The position numbers and the translations under genes are program-made. From an uncultured Thiomicrospira sp. (GTDB lineage: Bacteria; Pseudomonadota; Gammaproteobacteria; CAKMZV01), in assembly GCA_965195345.1 (NCBI GenBank), contig OZ239628.1, forward strand, positions 1,056,001 through 1,120,000: 64,000 bases of DNA, written 5' to 3'. Below are positions 9,040-19,375 of this stretch, piece by piece; position 1 is the stretch's first letter; each line of letters begins with the position of its first letter. The notes under the pieces are model-generated. The model did no database searches, had not been told where the DNA came from, and saw nothing but the letters and a program-made list of their open reading frames with translations.

Positions 9040-10863
9040 TTATGTTTGTTGCCAGACTTTAATACGATCGAGTAGACCTTGCGCAGAAATGACACCAATA
9101 ACGCGCAGATTTTTTATTTCATTGCCGTGACTATCTAGGAAAATTAACGCTGGAGGACCAACGATTTTAAACTTTTTGAAAAATATTTTATCGGCAGATG
9201 AGTTATCTGTCACATCTACTTTATACGTTTTTTGTTTAGCAAGTTGTTGAATGACTTCGGTATTTTTAAAAGTAGTGACCTCAAGTTCCTTACATGAAAT
9301 ACACCACTTAGCGGATGCGAACAAAAGGGTTGGTCTACTGTTTTCAATATTGGTTGCAAGTGTAGATTTCAATGAATCACCAGTATATACGCTTGGAAAT
9401 AATTCCGGTTGTTGTTGAAAGGATGCGTTACCGTTATTATTTAAGCTCAACTTCTCTAAAGGCTGAAGAATTGAGCGACCACCGCTAGCAACTCCAATAA
9501 TTAAAATAATACCCATCAACAATAATATCCATGCTATTCCTTTCCAAAGAGCATACCATTTACGGTTATTGAGTTGCTCAAAGGCGCCCATATAAACAGC
9601 GCTAACGATAAATAACGATGCCCAAAGGAGCATGGTTATCCACACGGGTAATATGCGTTCTAATAAGAATAGAGAGAGCCCAAGCATCATGACACCAAAT
9701 ATCGCCTTAACGACATCCATCCATGCTCCAGCTTTAGGGAGGTATTTCCCAGCTGTTGTGCCGAATACTATGATTGGAACACCCATTCCCATACTTAATG
9801 AAAATAAAGCAAGCCCTCCAAGTACAGCGTCTCCCGTTTGCCCAATATAAAGCAATGCCCCAGCTAAAGGAGGTGCAACGCAAGGGCCGACAATCAAAGC
9901 CGAAATAATACCCATGATAATAACGCCAAGAAATGATCCTGTCTTTTGTTTGTTACTAATCGCATTTAATTTTGATTGGAGAGATGAGGGCAGTTGAATC
10001 TCATAGAAGCCAAACATTGACAATGCCAATAAAACGAAAAGTATTGCCATCAAGCCGAGTACGTAAGGATTCTGCAATGCAGCTTGTAAATTTTCACCGA
10101 ATAATCCTGCAAAAACACCTGCAATAGTATAAGTAAGGGCCATCGCTAATACGTAAACTAATGAAATAATGAATGCTCTTTTTGTGCTTATTGATGCCCC
10201 TTGTCCAATAACAATGCTTGACAGTATTGGAATCATAGGGAATACACACGGTGTAAGGGCTAACAAAAGCCCAGATATGAAGAATAGAATGAGTGTAGCC
10301 CAGATGCCTCCTTTTTCCAAAATGTTAAGAACATCATCTTGCTCGGAGACTATATTTGAGGTATTAGCAGTTATGGATGGGGCGGTTGGATCTACTGATT
10401 TTGAAACAGTATTTGCTGTTTTAGTCAGTTCGTATTCTTGCTTTTGAGGAGGATAGCATACTCCAATACTTGCGCACCCTTGGTATTGAATTGTTAATTT
10501 ACTCCCTTTTCTAAGCTCGGAAGCACTGATTAGGATGCTTATAGGCTTTAGGTAAACCTCAACGCTACCAAATAAAGGATCTTCTTTGATTTTCCCTTCA
10601 GGCAATACAACTTGTAATTGTTGTTCATCCGCCTTAAAGTTAAACTTATCTTTATATAGATAGTAACCATCTTGCACATCAAAGCTTACAACGCCGCTGC
10701 CATCAGCGATTCTTTTAAAATCGATTACAAATGCCTGTTCAGGGGCTAGGATATCTGTTTCGTCTGAAAATAGACCTTTGGTGAAATCCGCTTGTGTTAC
10801 AGAAACAACAGACAGCAACGCAAGTAGAAAAATTTTATTTAGGATGGACTTATTAAAAATCAT
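9040..10863 (-). CDS. dsbD: Thiol:disulfide interchange protein DsbD
   Basis: N-domain QGCASIGVCYPP, TM domain TPCVFPMIPI and PCVAPPL, C-terminal thioredoxin WCISC. Confidence 0.95.
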   Translation of the reverse strand: MIFNKSILNKIFLLALLSVVSVTQADFTKGLFSDETDILAPEQAFVIDFKRIADGSGVVSFDVQDGYYLYKDKFNFKADEQQLQVVLPEGKIKEDPLFGSVEVYLKPISILISASELRKGSKLTIQYQGCASIGVCYPPQKQEYELTKTANTVSKSVDPTAPSITANTSNIVSEQDDVLNILEKGGIWATLILFFISGLLLALTPCVFPMIPILSSIVIGQGASISTKRAFIISLVYVLAMALTYTIAGVFAGLFGENLQAALQNPYVLGLMAILFVLLALSMFGFYEIQLPSSLQSKLNAISNKQKTGSFLGVIIMGIISALIVGPCVAPPLAGALLYIGQTGDAVLGGLALFSLSMGMGVPIIVFGTTAGKYLPKAGAWMDVVKAIFGVMMLGLSLFLLERILPVWITMLLWASLFIVSAVYMGAFEQLNNRKWYALWKGIAWILLLMGIILIIGVASGGRSILQPLEKLSLNNNGNASFQQQPELFPSVYTGDSLKSTLATNIENSRPTLLFASAKWCISCKELEVTTFKNTEVIQQLAKQKTYKVDVTDNSSADKIFFKKFKIVGPPALIFLDSHGNEIKNLRVIGVISAQGLLDRIKVWQQT

Positions 10864-10940
10864 TGTTTTATTGTAGTTGATTTTTGAACTAAAAGCATGT
10901 TTAAAATATTTTTACTATATTCTGTTCAATTTAATCCTGT

Positions 10941-12119
10941 TCAATTTAGCCAAATAATTGGCACTTTATCACCTTTTTGTACGATGGTTTTCTCACCAAC
11001 CTCTGCTAAGGCATTAGCCCATGCTAATGCAGTTACGGCATTTGACTCTTGTTTTTCATGCATGGATGCGTGTAGTTTCCCATTTACATTGGACACTCTA
11101 ACACGCAAATATTCTAATCGTTCACCGGATTCAAAATTGAAATTGATATAAGCGTATTCTTTGTTCAAATTTTTAACTTCACCTTGCGCACTGTGCAGGA
11201 AAGGCTTTGCAAAGACGTTTAATGTTACCAATGCTGAAGCAGGGTTTCCAGGCAATCCAAAGTAAAAGCAATTTCCTAAATGTGCAAATATAAAAGGTCT
11301 CCCTGGTTTCATTTTTACTTTCCATGAAAATATTTCTGCCATATTTTCAATGGCAGGTCGCAAATAATCATGTTCTCCTACTGATACTCCCCCTGTAGAA
11401 ATGATAACATCAGAGCGTTTTGCCATTTTTTTAAGTACATCGGTTGTTTTATCGATATTGTCAGGGACTTTTTCGTAAGAAACTTCATAGCCCCAACTTT
11501 TCAATACTGAAGTGATAAGTGGAATATTTGAATTGTATATTTTCCCATTTGGTAAAGAGTTTCCTGGCTCTATAAGCTCATCTCCAGATGCCAAGAATGC
11601 GATGCTTAATCGTTTATAAACGCTAACTTTATCAATTCCTACAGAAGCAATAAGCCCAATGTGGCGAGGTGTTAATCGTGTACCTTTTTTAACAATACAA
11701 GCCCCTTGAAGCACATCGTATCCGCAATGGCGGATAAATTGTTGAGGTGCTGGTTTTTCATTGATATGAATTTTCTCATCCATTTTAGTGACGTATTCTT
11801 GCATCACTACGCAATCAGCACCTGCAGGAATTACTGCACCAGTAAAGATTCGAGCAACAGTATTAGTGGGCAGTTGTTTTTGAGCTTCCCCTGCGGCACA
11901 TGATATGGATACATCGAAATATTTTTCTTTCAACCAATCGGCACTGTTTAATGCGTAGCCGTCCATTTGTGCATTTTCAAAAGGAGGAGAGTGTGTGGGG
12001 CTGAGGATGTCTTCAGCAACGATGCGAGAGCAACATTGTAAGAGTGTAATTTGTTCTTGCTTGGGCACAGAAGGAACGCAAGCCATTAACTTCTCAAGTG
12101 TTTTTGTTACGCTTAGCAT
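10941..12119 (-). CDS. moeA: Molybdopterin molybdotransferase
   Basis: MDGYA, RIFTGA, SGDEL, IYNSN, STGGVSVGEHD, MKPGRP, GLPGNP. Confidence 0.95.
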   Translation of the reverse strand: MLSVTKTLEKLMACVPSVPKQEQITLLQCCSRIVAEDILSPTHSPPFENAQMDGYALNSADWLKEKYFDVSISCAAGEAQKQLPTNTVARIFTGAVIPAGADCVVMQEYVTKMDEKIHINEKPAPQQFIRHCGYDVLQGACIVKKGTRLTPRHIGLIASVGIDKVSVYKRLSIAFLASGDELIEPGNSLPNGKIYNSNIPLITSVLKSWGYEVSYEKVPDNIDKTTDVLKKMAKRSDVIISTGGVSVGEHDYLRPAIENMAEIFSWKVKMKPGRPFIFAHLGNCFYFGLPGNPASALVTLNVFAKPFLHSAQGEVKNLNKEYAYINFNFESGERLEYLRVRVSNVNGKLHASMHEKQESNAVTALAWANALAEVGEKTIVQKGDKVPIIWLN

Positions 12120-12131
12120 AACTTTCAGTGT

Positions 12132-12374
12132 TTATCCGCCAGTAACGGGTGGGAATAAAGCAATTTCGCTATTGGTGCGAACTTTTGAATGGATATTGGC
12201 GATGTTGTGATCGACTGCAAAACAAATTTTTTCATTGGCAATTTTAGAAAAACCTGGTTGGTTTTCTAATAGCCAATCAACGATTTGAGAAACATTCTCA
12301 TACGGCTCTTCTATAGAAACCTCTGAGCAATCCAATCGTTCACGAAAACTAGCAAAAAACTTGACGTGTGGCAT
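12132..12374 (-). CDS. moaD: Molybdopterin synthase sulfur-carrier subunit
   Basis: 80 aa, VKFFASFRE ... FPPVTGG C-terminal diglycine, between moaA and moeA. Confidence 0.92.
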   Translation of the reverse strand: MPHVKFFASFRERLDCSEVSIEEPYENVSQIVDWLLENQPGFSKIANEKICFAVDHNIANIHSKVRTNSEIALFPPVTGG

Positions 12375-12377
12375 TAA

Positions 12378-13394
12378 TCATCCTCCTAAAGAAACCATCT
12401 GGCGAAACTCAATGTTGTGTACGTTTTCATTGAAAAAGTGACGTTCTGGTTTTTTCTTAATTGCATTGATAATAACTTTTTTCATCTCATCTTTTGAAAC
12501 GTTAGAACGGACAATCTCACGCAAATCAACACTGTCTTTTTGTCCAAGACATAGCGCAAGAACTCCTCGCGAAGTTAAACGCACTCGATTACAAGATGCA
12601 CAAAAGTGTTGAGAAACAGCAGAAATAACACCTACCTGATTATTTGAAGTGCCAACTTGATATTGCCGAGCTGGTCCACCACCTGTATTTTTTGATGTTG
12701 GAATAAGTTTGGAATTTGTATGCTTTTCTAATCGTTTGATGATATTTTCTGTTGGGTAGTGTTTTTCCATCAAGGCAATACCCGAAGAACCAATAGGCAT
12801 AATTTCAATGAAGCGAAGAATCAGGTTCTCTGCAATCGCCCAATCAAACATGGACTCAATTTCATCATCATTGACTCCTTTCATTACGACGCAATTGATT
12901 TTCACTGGAGAAAGTCCTGCATCTTTAGCTGCTTTTATTCCTCTAAGAACTTTAGTAAGATCGCCACCTTGAGTGATATTATTGAATTTTTCATTTTGCA
13001 AAGAGTCTAAGGAGACGTTTACTCTTTTTAGTCCTGCCGCAGCTAATGCATTGGCTTGTTGAGGAAGACGATGTGCATTGGTCGAGAGAGAAATATCCTC
13101 CAATCCGTCGATATTTGCTAATTGAGCAATGAGTTCATTGCAGTTTTTGCGCACTAATGGTTCGCCACCTGTGATGCGCACTCTTTTTAATCCAAGTTGT
13201 GCGAAGCAATCTACTATGAATGTCATTTCTTCAAAGCTAAGGTATTCGCTATGATGACCTTCTGGGTGATATCCGCGCGGAGGCATGCAATAGTTACAAC
13301 GATAGTTGCAACGATCGGTTACAGAAAGTCGTAAGTAATTGATTACCCTATTAAAAGGATCGACCAGCTGTGGTTGTTCAATGCGGTTGTGCAT
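12378..13394 (-). CDS. moaA: GTP 3',8-cyclase
   Basis: YLRLSVTDRCNYRCNYCMP radical-SAM motif, FCASCNRVRLT second cluster, C-terminal GG. Confidence 0.96.
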   Translation of the reverse strand: MHNRIEQPQLVDPFNRVINYLRLSVTDRCNYRCNYCMPPRGYHPEGHHSEYLSFEEMTFIVDCFAQLGLKRVRITGGEPLVRKNCNELIAQLANIDGLEDISLSTNAHRLPQQANALAAAGLKRVNVSLDSLQNEKFNNITQGGDLTKVLRGIKAAKDAGLSPVKINCVVMKGVNDDEIESMFDWAIAENLILRFIEIMPIGSSGIALMEKHYPTENIIKRLEKHTNSKLIPTSKNTGGGPARQYQVGTSNNQVGVISAVSQHFCASCNRVRLTSRGVLALCLGQKDSVDLREIVRSNVSKDEMKKVIINAIKKKPERHFFNENVHNIEFRQMVSLGG

Positions 13395-13483
13395 TTTCTA
13401 AATTATATACTAAAATGCAAGTCTCTAAACGTTTACCGCGAGGAACTTTGAGTACCAATAAATTTTCTTTTCTGTTAATAAAA

Positions 13484-15547
13484 TTATGACTGCTTTTTGG
13501 GGATGGGCTGTTTGATCAATGCGTCAACAGCAACGACTCCATTTCCTTCTGATAGTACTAATAGAGGGTTAATGTCTAACTCAAATATAGGATGACAATC
13601 AACGTGTTCAGTGATTTTTGTGATTGCACACACCAGTGCTTCAATGTCGCCTTTAGGTCGATTTCTATAACCAGAAAGCATAGGAAAACACTGCAATGAC
13701 TCTATGGCTTTCTTAATATCCTCTTTATTAGTAGGAAGAAGAAGAGTGCGTGTATCTTGCAATAGCTCGACAAAAACCCCACCAAAACCAATGACCAGCA
13801 CCTGACCAAACAGTTGATCATGTTTAATGCCAACAATCATTTCTGCCACAGCCGATGTAATCATTTTTTCAAGCAAGAAAACATCACTTAATGCGGTCAT
13901 TTCTTCAACAGCTGTATTAAGTTGATTGGCGTTTAATATGTTTAGGCGAACTCCTCCATAATCACTTTTGTGCCCAATTTTATCAGAGTGTATTTTCAGT
14001 ACTACGGGATAGCCACTTTTCTCAGCAAAAAACACAGCATTTTTTGAGGTACATACGTATGAATTAGGCGTCGTTAAGCCAGCATCCTTAAGCCATTTTT
14101 TACTGTCAAATTCATTAAGTTGTACACTTCTAAGATCGTCTAAATAATGCTGTTTAATAAGAAAAGGCTTGTTGGAAACATGAGAGATTTTAGTGGCTAT
14201 ATTGACTGAGTGAGCAATGGCTTTAAGTCCGTCATTTAAGCCTTGTAAAGGGGTGATTCTTGCATGAATCAAACGATCACGAACTGTTTCTGGTAGTGAC
14301 TCAGGCAGCGTTGAAATAACAACGACTGAGGTATGACTTGACTCCTTTGCGGAAATTAAAGCGCGTTCGGTTACCTCCCAAGAAATGATTGAACGATCGT
14401 CAATGTTTGGGTAGTCAATAACTAAAGCTACGCAGTCATAGCCATCGTCAAGGACAGCCTTAAAACACTGTTTCTGTTTCTCAAAGTCCCCCCAAATATA
14501 AGTATGATAATCCAAAGGATTGCTTATGTGGACATTTTCACCAAGTATTTCAGAGAGTTTTCGCTGACTTTCATTTGAAGGAAAGGGCATAGATAAGCTT
14601 GACTCAGATACCGCGTCAGCAACTAAAGCAGCTTCGCCACCCGAGCAACTGAGTGACATAAACTTATTGCCTCGAATAGGGTGACTTAAAGCCAATAATT
14701 TAAGCGTCTCCATGAATTCGGTCAGTGAATCAATGCAGATAATTCCTATGCGTTCAAACATTGCCGTGTAAAGGCGGTGTTCACCAGCAAAAGAGCTGGT
14801 GTGACTAAGCGTGAGATTGCTACCTGATTCGGATTTTCCTGATTTAATAACAATTATTGGTATGTTTTTCTCAAAAGCGATATGGCAAGTCTGTATAAAG
14901 GCATTAACGTTAGTAATGGCTTCAATATATAACCCTATAGCAGTAACTCGTGCATCGTCTAACAATGTGATGATTAGATGGTGTGCGTCGATAACAGCAC
15001 GGTTTCCTATAGTAATTAGATGGCTAATAGGCGTGCTTCGATCGTTGAAGGACAATGATAGCGCAATATTTCCGCTTTGCATTATGACAGCAGCTCCTCT
15101 ATCAACGCGTTTCAAACCATGAAGATCTGGCCAAAGCGCTACGCCATCAAGATAGTTTAAAAAGCCATAACAATTGGGACCAATGGTCGCAAAATTAGAA
15201 GAGGCTGAGACGAGTCTATTTTGCATTGCTTGCCCGTGTGGGCTATGCTCAGCAAAGCCTGATGTATAGCACACTGCGCCGCCTGCTCCCATATCACTCA
15301 GTGCTTGAATATCATTTATTGCAGATTCGGGTGGAATGGCGATAAACGCAGCATCTGGGATGCTGGGTAGTTGAGTGACGCTTGAAAAGCATTTGATTCC
15401 TGCAAGAGAGTCTCTTTGAGGATTTACGGCCCATATTTTTCCAGAAAAACCTAATTTAAGGCACTGTTCTATAACCTTCTCTCCCTCCGTTCCTCCAATA
15501 ACTACAATGCTTCGAGGATTAAGAAGGCGCTTTAAATTTTCGATCAT
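13484..15547 (-). CDS. Acetate--CoA ligase family (NDP-forming acyl-CoA synthetase, fused CoA-binding and ATP-grasp domains)
   Basis: NPRSIVVIG, GPNCYG, QSGNIA, SHT phospho-His, SCSGGEA, NPLDYHT, HKSDYGGV, ELDINPL. Confidence 0.9.
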   Translation of the reverse strand: MIENLKRLLNPRSIVVIGGTEGEKVIEQCLKLGFSGKIWAVNPQRDSLAGIKCFSSVTQLPSIPDAAFIAIPPESAINDIQALSDMGAGGAVCYTSGFAEHSPHGQAMQNRLVSASSNFATIGPNCYGFLNYLDGVALWPDLHGLKRVDRGAAVIMQSGNIALSLSFNDRSTPISHLITIGNRAVIDAHHLIITLLDDARVTAIGLYIEAITNVNAFIQTCHIAFEKNIPIIVIKSGKSESGSNLTLSHTSSFAGEHRLYTAMFERIGIICIDSLTEFMETLKLLALSHPIRGNKFMSLSCSGGEAALVADAVSESSLSMPFPSNESQRKLSEILGENVHISNPLDYHTYIWGDFEKQKQCFKAVLDDGYDCVALVIDYPNIDDRSIISWEVTERALISAKESSHTSVVVISTLPESLPETVRDRLIHARITPLQGLNDGLKAIAHSVNIATKISHVSNKPFLIKQHYLDDLRSVQLNEFDSKKWLKDAGLTTPNSYVCTSKNAVFFAEKSGYPVVLKIHSDKIGHKSDYGGVRLNILNANQLNTAVEEMTALSDVFLLEKMITSAVAEMIVGIKHDQLFGQVLVIGFGGVFVELLQDTRTLLLPTNKEDIKKAIESLQCFPMLSGYRNRPKGDIEALVCAITKITEHVDCHPIFELDINPLLVLSEGNGVVAVDALIKQPIPKKQS

Positions 15548-15571
15548 TAAAGGGACAATTTTAAAGGAACG

Positions 15572-16366
15572 TTATCGTCCTTTCCAAACGGGAGGGCGCT
15601 TTTCTGCAAATGCACGTGATCCTTCTATCTGATCTTCACTGCTGTAGAGCTTTTTGACCGTTGCGTATTCTTCTTTTGCAATGCGGGTGATAACTTCGTC
15701 AAAATTTTTGTTCTCACTATCGCGTACCACTTCTTTAATAGCAGCATAAACTAATGGCGGACCTTCAGCCAATAAACGTGCCATTTTCCAGCTTTCTTGC
15801 ATTAAATTCTCAAATTTAACAATATGATTAACTAAGCCCCAGCGATGCGCTTCTTCTGCGTCTATCCATCGACCTGTTAGCAGCATTTCTATTGCTATGT
15901 GCCAAGGGATGCGTTTAGGTAATTTGATTGAAGCAGCATCGGCCAAAGTTCCTGAATTGATCTCGGGAAGGGCAAAGGTTGCAGTGTTTGAGGCAATTAT
16001 GATGTCAGCGCTGATAGCTATTTCTAATCCACCACCACAACATATGCCATTCACTGCTGCAATAATAGGCTTGTTTAAATTTGGCAATTCTTGCATCCCA
16101 CCAAAACCACCAATGCCATAATCGCCTTGCACTGGGTCTCCTGCTGCCGCTGCTTTTAAGTCCCATCCTGCGCAGAAAAATTTCTCACCAGAGCCCGTTA
16201 AAATTGCAACACGCAATTTAGGATCATCACGGAATGAGGCAAAAACCTCTCCCATTTTTCGACTAACAGCGTTGCTAATAGCATTTGCTTTCGGATTGTC
16301 TATAGTGACTTCAAGTATAGAGCCATCTACTCTGGTTTTAATAATATTATGCATAGCGTTTCTCAA
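15572..16366 (-). CDS. caiD: Carnitinyl-CoA dehydratase / crotonobetainyl-CoA hydratase-like crotonase
   Basis: PKANAI, FFCAGWDLKAAA, DYGIGGFGG, LNKPIIAAVNG, FAEKRPPVWKGR are characteristic of the CaiD subfamily. Confidence 0.8.
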   Translation of the reverse strand: MRNAMHNIIKTRVDGSILEVTIDNPKANAISNAVSRKMGEVFASFRDDPKLRVAILTGSGEKFFCAGWDLKAAAAGDPVQGDYGIGGFGGMQELPNLNKPIIAAVNGICCGGGLEIAISADIIIASNTATFALPEINSGTLADAASIKLPKRIPWHIAIEMLLTGRWIDAEEAHRWGLVNHIVKFENLMQESWKMARLLAEGPPLVYAAIKEVVRDSENKNFDEVITRIAKEEYATVKKLYSSEDQIEGSRAFAEKRPPVWKGR

Positions 16367-17544
16367 TTATTGGAATTTTTCTGACGTTCTTCAAAAGGTC
16401 TTAATAATTCGCGACTTATTATATGGCGTTGAATTTCAGAGGTGCCATCCCAAATACGTTCCACTCGTGCATCTCTCCAAAACCGTTCAAATGGCAAATC
16501 AGACATTAATCCCATGCCGCCATGAATTTGAATTGCTTCATCGGTTACTTTAGCTAACATTTCAGTAGCAAACAGTTTTGCACTTGAGATTTCACGGTTC
16601 GCATACTTTCCTTGATCTAATAGGGAAGCGGCACTGAGTGTTAGTAAGTCGGCAGCATCAATTTGAGTTATCATATCAGCCAACTTGAAAGAAACTCCTT
16701 GAAATTTTCCTATCGATTGCCCAAACTGTTTTCTCTCAATGCAATATGGTAGAGTTTCTTCTAAACAGCGTCTTGCTCGACCTACACAACTTGCAGCTAC
16801 AGATAGCCTTGTTGATTCAAGCCACTTATTTGCAATATCAAATCCCTTATGCACTTCCCCCAAAACTTGCGATTTGGGTAAGCGGCATTGTTCAAAGCGC
16901 AAAATGCTATTGTTGTAGCCTCTGTGTGATATTGATTGGTAACCGGGCAATATTTCGAAACCTTTGGTATTACGGTCAACTAAAAAGCAAGTAATGCGTT
17001 TTTTTAAGCCACGTGTACTCTCTTCTTCACCACTGGCGACAAATACAATCACAAAGTCTGCAATATCGGCATGGCTTATGAAATGTTTACTGCCATTGAT
17101 AATCCAGTCATCTCCACAAGCTTTCGCCGTACAACGCATACCACGCACATCGGACCCTGCATCTGGTTCAGTCATTGCGAGGGCATCAAATTTTTTTCCA
17201 GTAATCGCAGGATATAGGTATTTTTCGCGCTGCTCTTCATTACAAGCCATAAGGATGCCGGATGGGCGACCAAAAAAAATGCTTAACGCCATTGAAGTTC
17301 GACCTAATTCACGCTCAACCAAAGTAGATTCAAGGTGATTTAGTCCACCGCCTCCAATTTCTTCAGGCATGTTCGATGCAAAAAAGCCTAAATCACGGAC
17401 TTTTTTAACAAGAGTGGCTCCTAACTCTTTAGGGACAACCCCTGTACGCTCAATTTCCTTCTCGTGTGGAATCATTTCTTGTTCGCAGAATTTTCGTACA
17501 GTATCTACGATTAAAAATTGCTCTTCATTGAGGGTAAATTGCAT
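16363..17544 (-). CDS. Acyl-CoA dehydrogenase (candidate gamma-butyrobetainyl-CoA dehydrogenase)
   Basis: AMTEPDAGSD, INGSKHFIS, RKQFGQSI, QIHGGMG, RVERIWDGTSEIQR; overlaps the caiD start. Confidence 0.9.
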   Translation of the reverse strand: MQFTLNEEQFLIVDTVRKFCEQEMIPHEKEIERTGVVPKELGATLVKKVRDLGFFASNMPEEIGGGGLNHLESTLVERELGRTSMALSIFFGRPSGILMACNEEQREKYLYPAITGKKFDALAMTEPDAGSDVRGMRCTAKACGDDWIINGSKHFISHADIADFVIVFVASGEEESTRGLKKRITCFLVDRNTKGFEILPGYQSISHRGYNNSILRFEQCRLPKSQVLGEVHKGFDIANKWLESTRLSVAASCVGRARRCLEETLPYCIERKQFGQSIGKFQGVSFKLADMITQIDAADLLTLSAASLLDQGKYANREISSAKLFATEMLAKVTDEAIQIHGGMGLMSDLPFERFWRDARVERIWDGTSEIQRHIISRELLRPFEERQKNSNN

Positions 17545-17570
17545 GGTATTAAACAGTTAACGATCGATAA

Positions 17571-17894
17571 TTAATTTGAAGTGATGAGGTATAGAGTAAG
17601 TGAAGCAGTGAGAAAAATAGCAGCAATTAACCATACCGGTTGTTTTTGTTTTTTTGGATTTGAAATAGAGGCGTCTGTATCAGCACTGTTGTTGTCATAT
17701 TCGAGTAGCAACGGCAGAGCTTTTTGGTAGTTTTCCTCATCGACATAAACACGAGCAAAGTCCATGCTCGCTAATTCTCCAATTCCTCCTTGAAGGTATT
17801 GCCCGCTGACATGACAATTTATGCCGTCGGCTTCAAGCATACCCGAGACAATGTATGCTTCGGTTATATTATTTGCACGGTACACTTCTTTCAA
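17571..17894 (-). CDS. DUF2007-like putative signal-transducing protein with C-terminal membrane anchor
   Basis: VYRANNITEAYIVSGMLEADGI ... GQYLQGGIGEL, hydrophobic C-terminus; TTG start. Confidence 0.7.
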   Translation of the reverse strand: MKEVYRANNITEAYIVSGMLEADGINCHVSGQYLQGGIGELASMDFARVYVDEENYQKALPLLLEYDNNSADTDASISNPKKQKQPVWLIAAIFLTASLTLYLITSN

Positions 17895-17902
17895 AAGAAC
17901 TC

Positions 17903-19366
17903 CTAATAAATACGGTCTTTAATACCCATAAGTACGTATTGGCACTCTAAATACTCATCTAATCCGTATTTTGAACCTTCACGACCTAAACCTGACTGCT
18001 TCACTCCACCGAAAGGCGCGACTTCAGTCGATATGATTCCTTCATTTACTCCAACTATGCCACAATCAAGCGCTTCAGATACGAGGAATGCTCTAGTAAG
18101 GTTTTGAGTGCAGAAATAGGCAGCTAAGCCAAATTCAGTATTATTTGCTTTAGCGATGACTTCATCATCTGTTTTAAAAGTAATGATTGGCGCAACTGGT
18201 CCAAAGGTTTCTTCATTGTTAATTAATGCGTCAGCAGAAACATTTTTCAAAATAGTTGGTTCGAAGAATAACTTTCCATTGTGGTGTCGCTTACCACCAA
18301 CGATTATTTCAGCACCTTTAGCAACAGCATCGCTGATGTGCTCTTCTACTTTTTCTAAAGCGTTTTGGCTAATAAGTGGACCTTGAGTAGCGCCTTCCTC
18401 AAAACCATTTGAAGTATGGAGTTTTTTAACTTTCTGACTCAATTTTTGTGCGAAAACTTCTGCAACATCTTCATGAACGTAAAATCGGTTCGCACAAACG
18501 CATGTCTGCCCCGTATTACGAAACTTACAAATCATTGCAGCATCTACTGCTGTGTCTAAATTAGCGTCTGAAAAAACAATAAAAGGAGCATTTCCACCCA
18601 ACTCGAGGGATAGCTTTTTAAGTGTAGGGGCTGACTTCTCCATTAGGAGCTGTCCTACTTTAGTAGAGCCAGTAAAGGATATTTTTCGCACAATATCACT
18701 TTTTGTCATTACATTAGAGATAACCGAAGAGTCTCCACAAACAATATTTATTACTCCTTTAGGTATGCCTGCATCTTCAGCAAGTTTAACAATTGCTATC
18801 GCACTTAAAGGTGTTAAGCTTGAAGGTTTAATGACACAAGTACAGCCAGCAGCAAGTGCTGGAGCGATCTTGCGAGTGATCATTGCTACTGGGAAGTTCC
18901 AAGGCGTAATAATCCCAACAACGCCTATAGGTTTTTTATTGACTAAAATACGTGCATTTACATTATGCGTTGGAATTAAATCTCCATATGCACGAACACC
19001 TTCTTCTGCAAACCATCGTAAGAAGTTAGCAGCATAAGTAATTTCTCCTTTTGCTTCCGTTAAAGGCTTACCTTGTTCAGTGGTCATTATGGTTGCAAGA
19101 TCGTCTGCATTATCAAGTATTAATTGATACCAGCGCATTAAGAAATCTGACCTTGTGCGTGCCGTGTGTGAACGCCAAGTAGCAAAGGCAACGTTAGCGT
19201 CATTAATTGCTTTTTCGGTATCCGAAGCAGAGCAACTAGGTATGCTTGCAATGATGTCAAGCGTAGCAGGATTTGTAACTGTAAAAGTTTTTTCAGAACT
19301 AAGCCACTCACCGTTAATGTAACATTTGTTTGGTAAAAGTGAAGTATTTTGGATATTTGAGAGCAT
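17903..19366 (-). CDS. gabD: NAD(P)-dependent succinate-semialdehyde dehydrogenase family aldehyde dehydrogenase
   Basis: ITPWNFP, SFTGST, LELGGNAP, FRNTGQTCVCAN, EETFGP, APFGGVKQSGLGREGS. Confidence 0.88.
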   Translation of the reverse strand: MLSNIQNTSLLPNKCYINGEWLSSEKTFTVTNPATLDIIASIPSCSASDTEKAINDANVAFATWRSHTARTRSDFLMRWYQLILDNADDLATIMTTEQGKPLTEAKGEITYAANFLRWFAEEGVRAYGDLIPTHNVNARILVNKKPIGVVGIITPWNFPVAMITRKIAPALAAGCTCVIKPSSLTPLSAIAIVKLAEDAGIPKGVINIVCGDSSVISNVMTKSDIVRKISFTGSTKVGQLLMEKSAPTLKKLSLELGGNAPFIVFSDANLDTAVDAAMICKFRNTGQTCVCANRFYVHEDVAEVFAQKLSQKVKKLHTSNGFEEGATQGPLISQNALEKVEEHISDAVAKGAEIIVGGKRHHNGKLFFEPTILKNVSADALINNEETFGPVAPIITFKTDDEVIAKANNTEFGLAAYFCTQNLTRAFLVSEALDCGIVGVNEGIISTEVAPFGGVKQSGLGREGSKYGLDEYLECQYVLMGIKDRIY

Positions 19367-19375
19367 AATTTTCTT

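Noticed and set aside
18552-19037. Longer antisense ORFs (18552-19037, 47171-47608, 61531-62088, 44481-44900 and similar)
   Set aside because: They lie opposite well-conserved genes as codon-mirror shadows, with no recognisable motifs or ribosome-binding sites.
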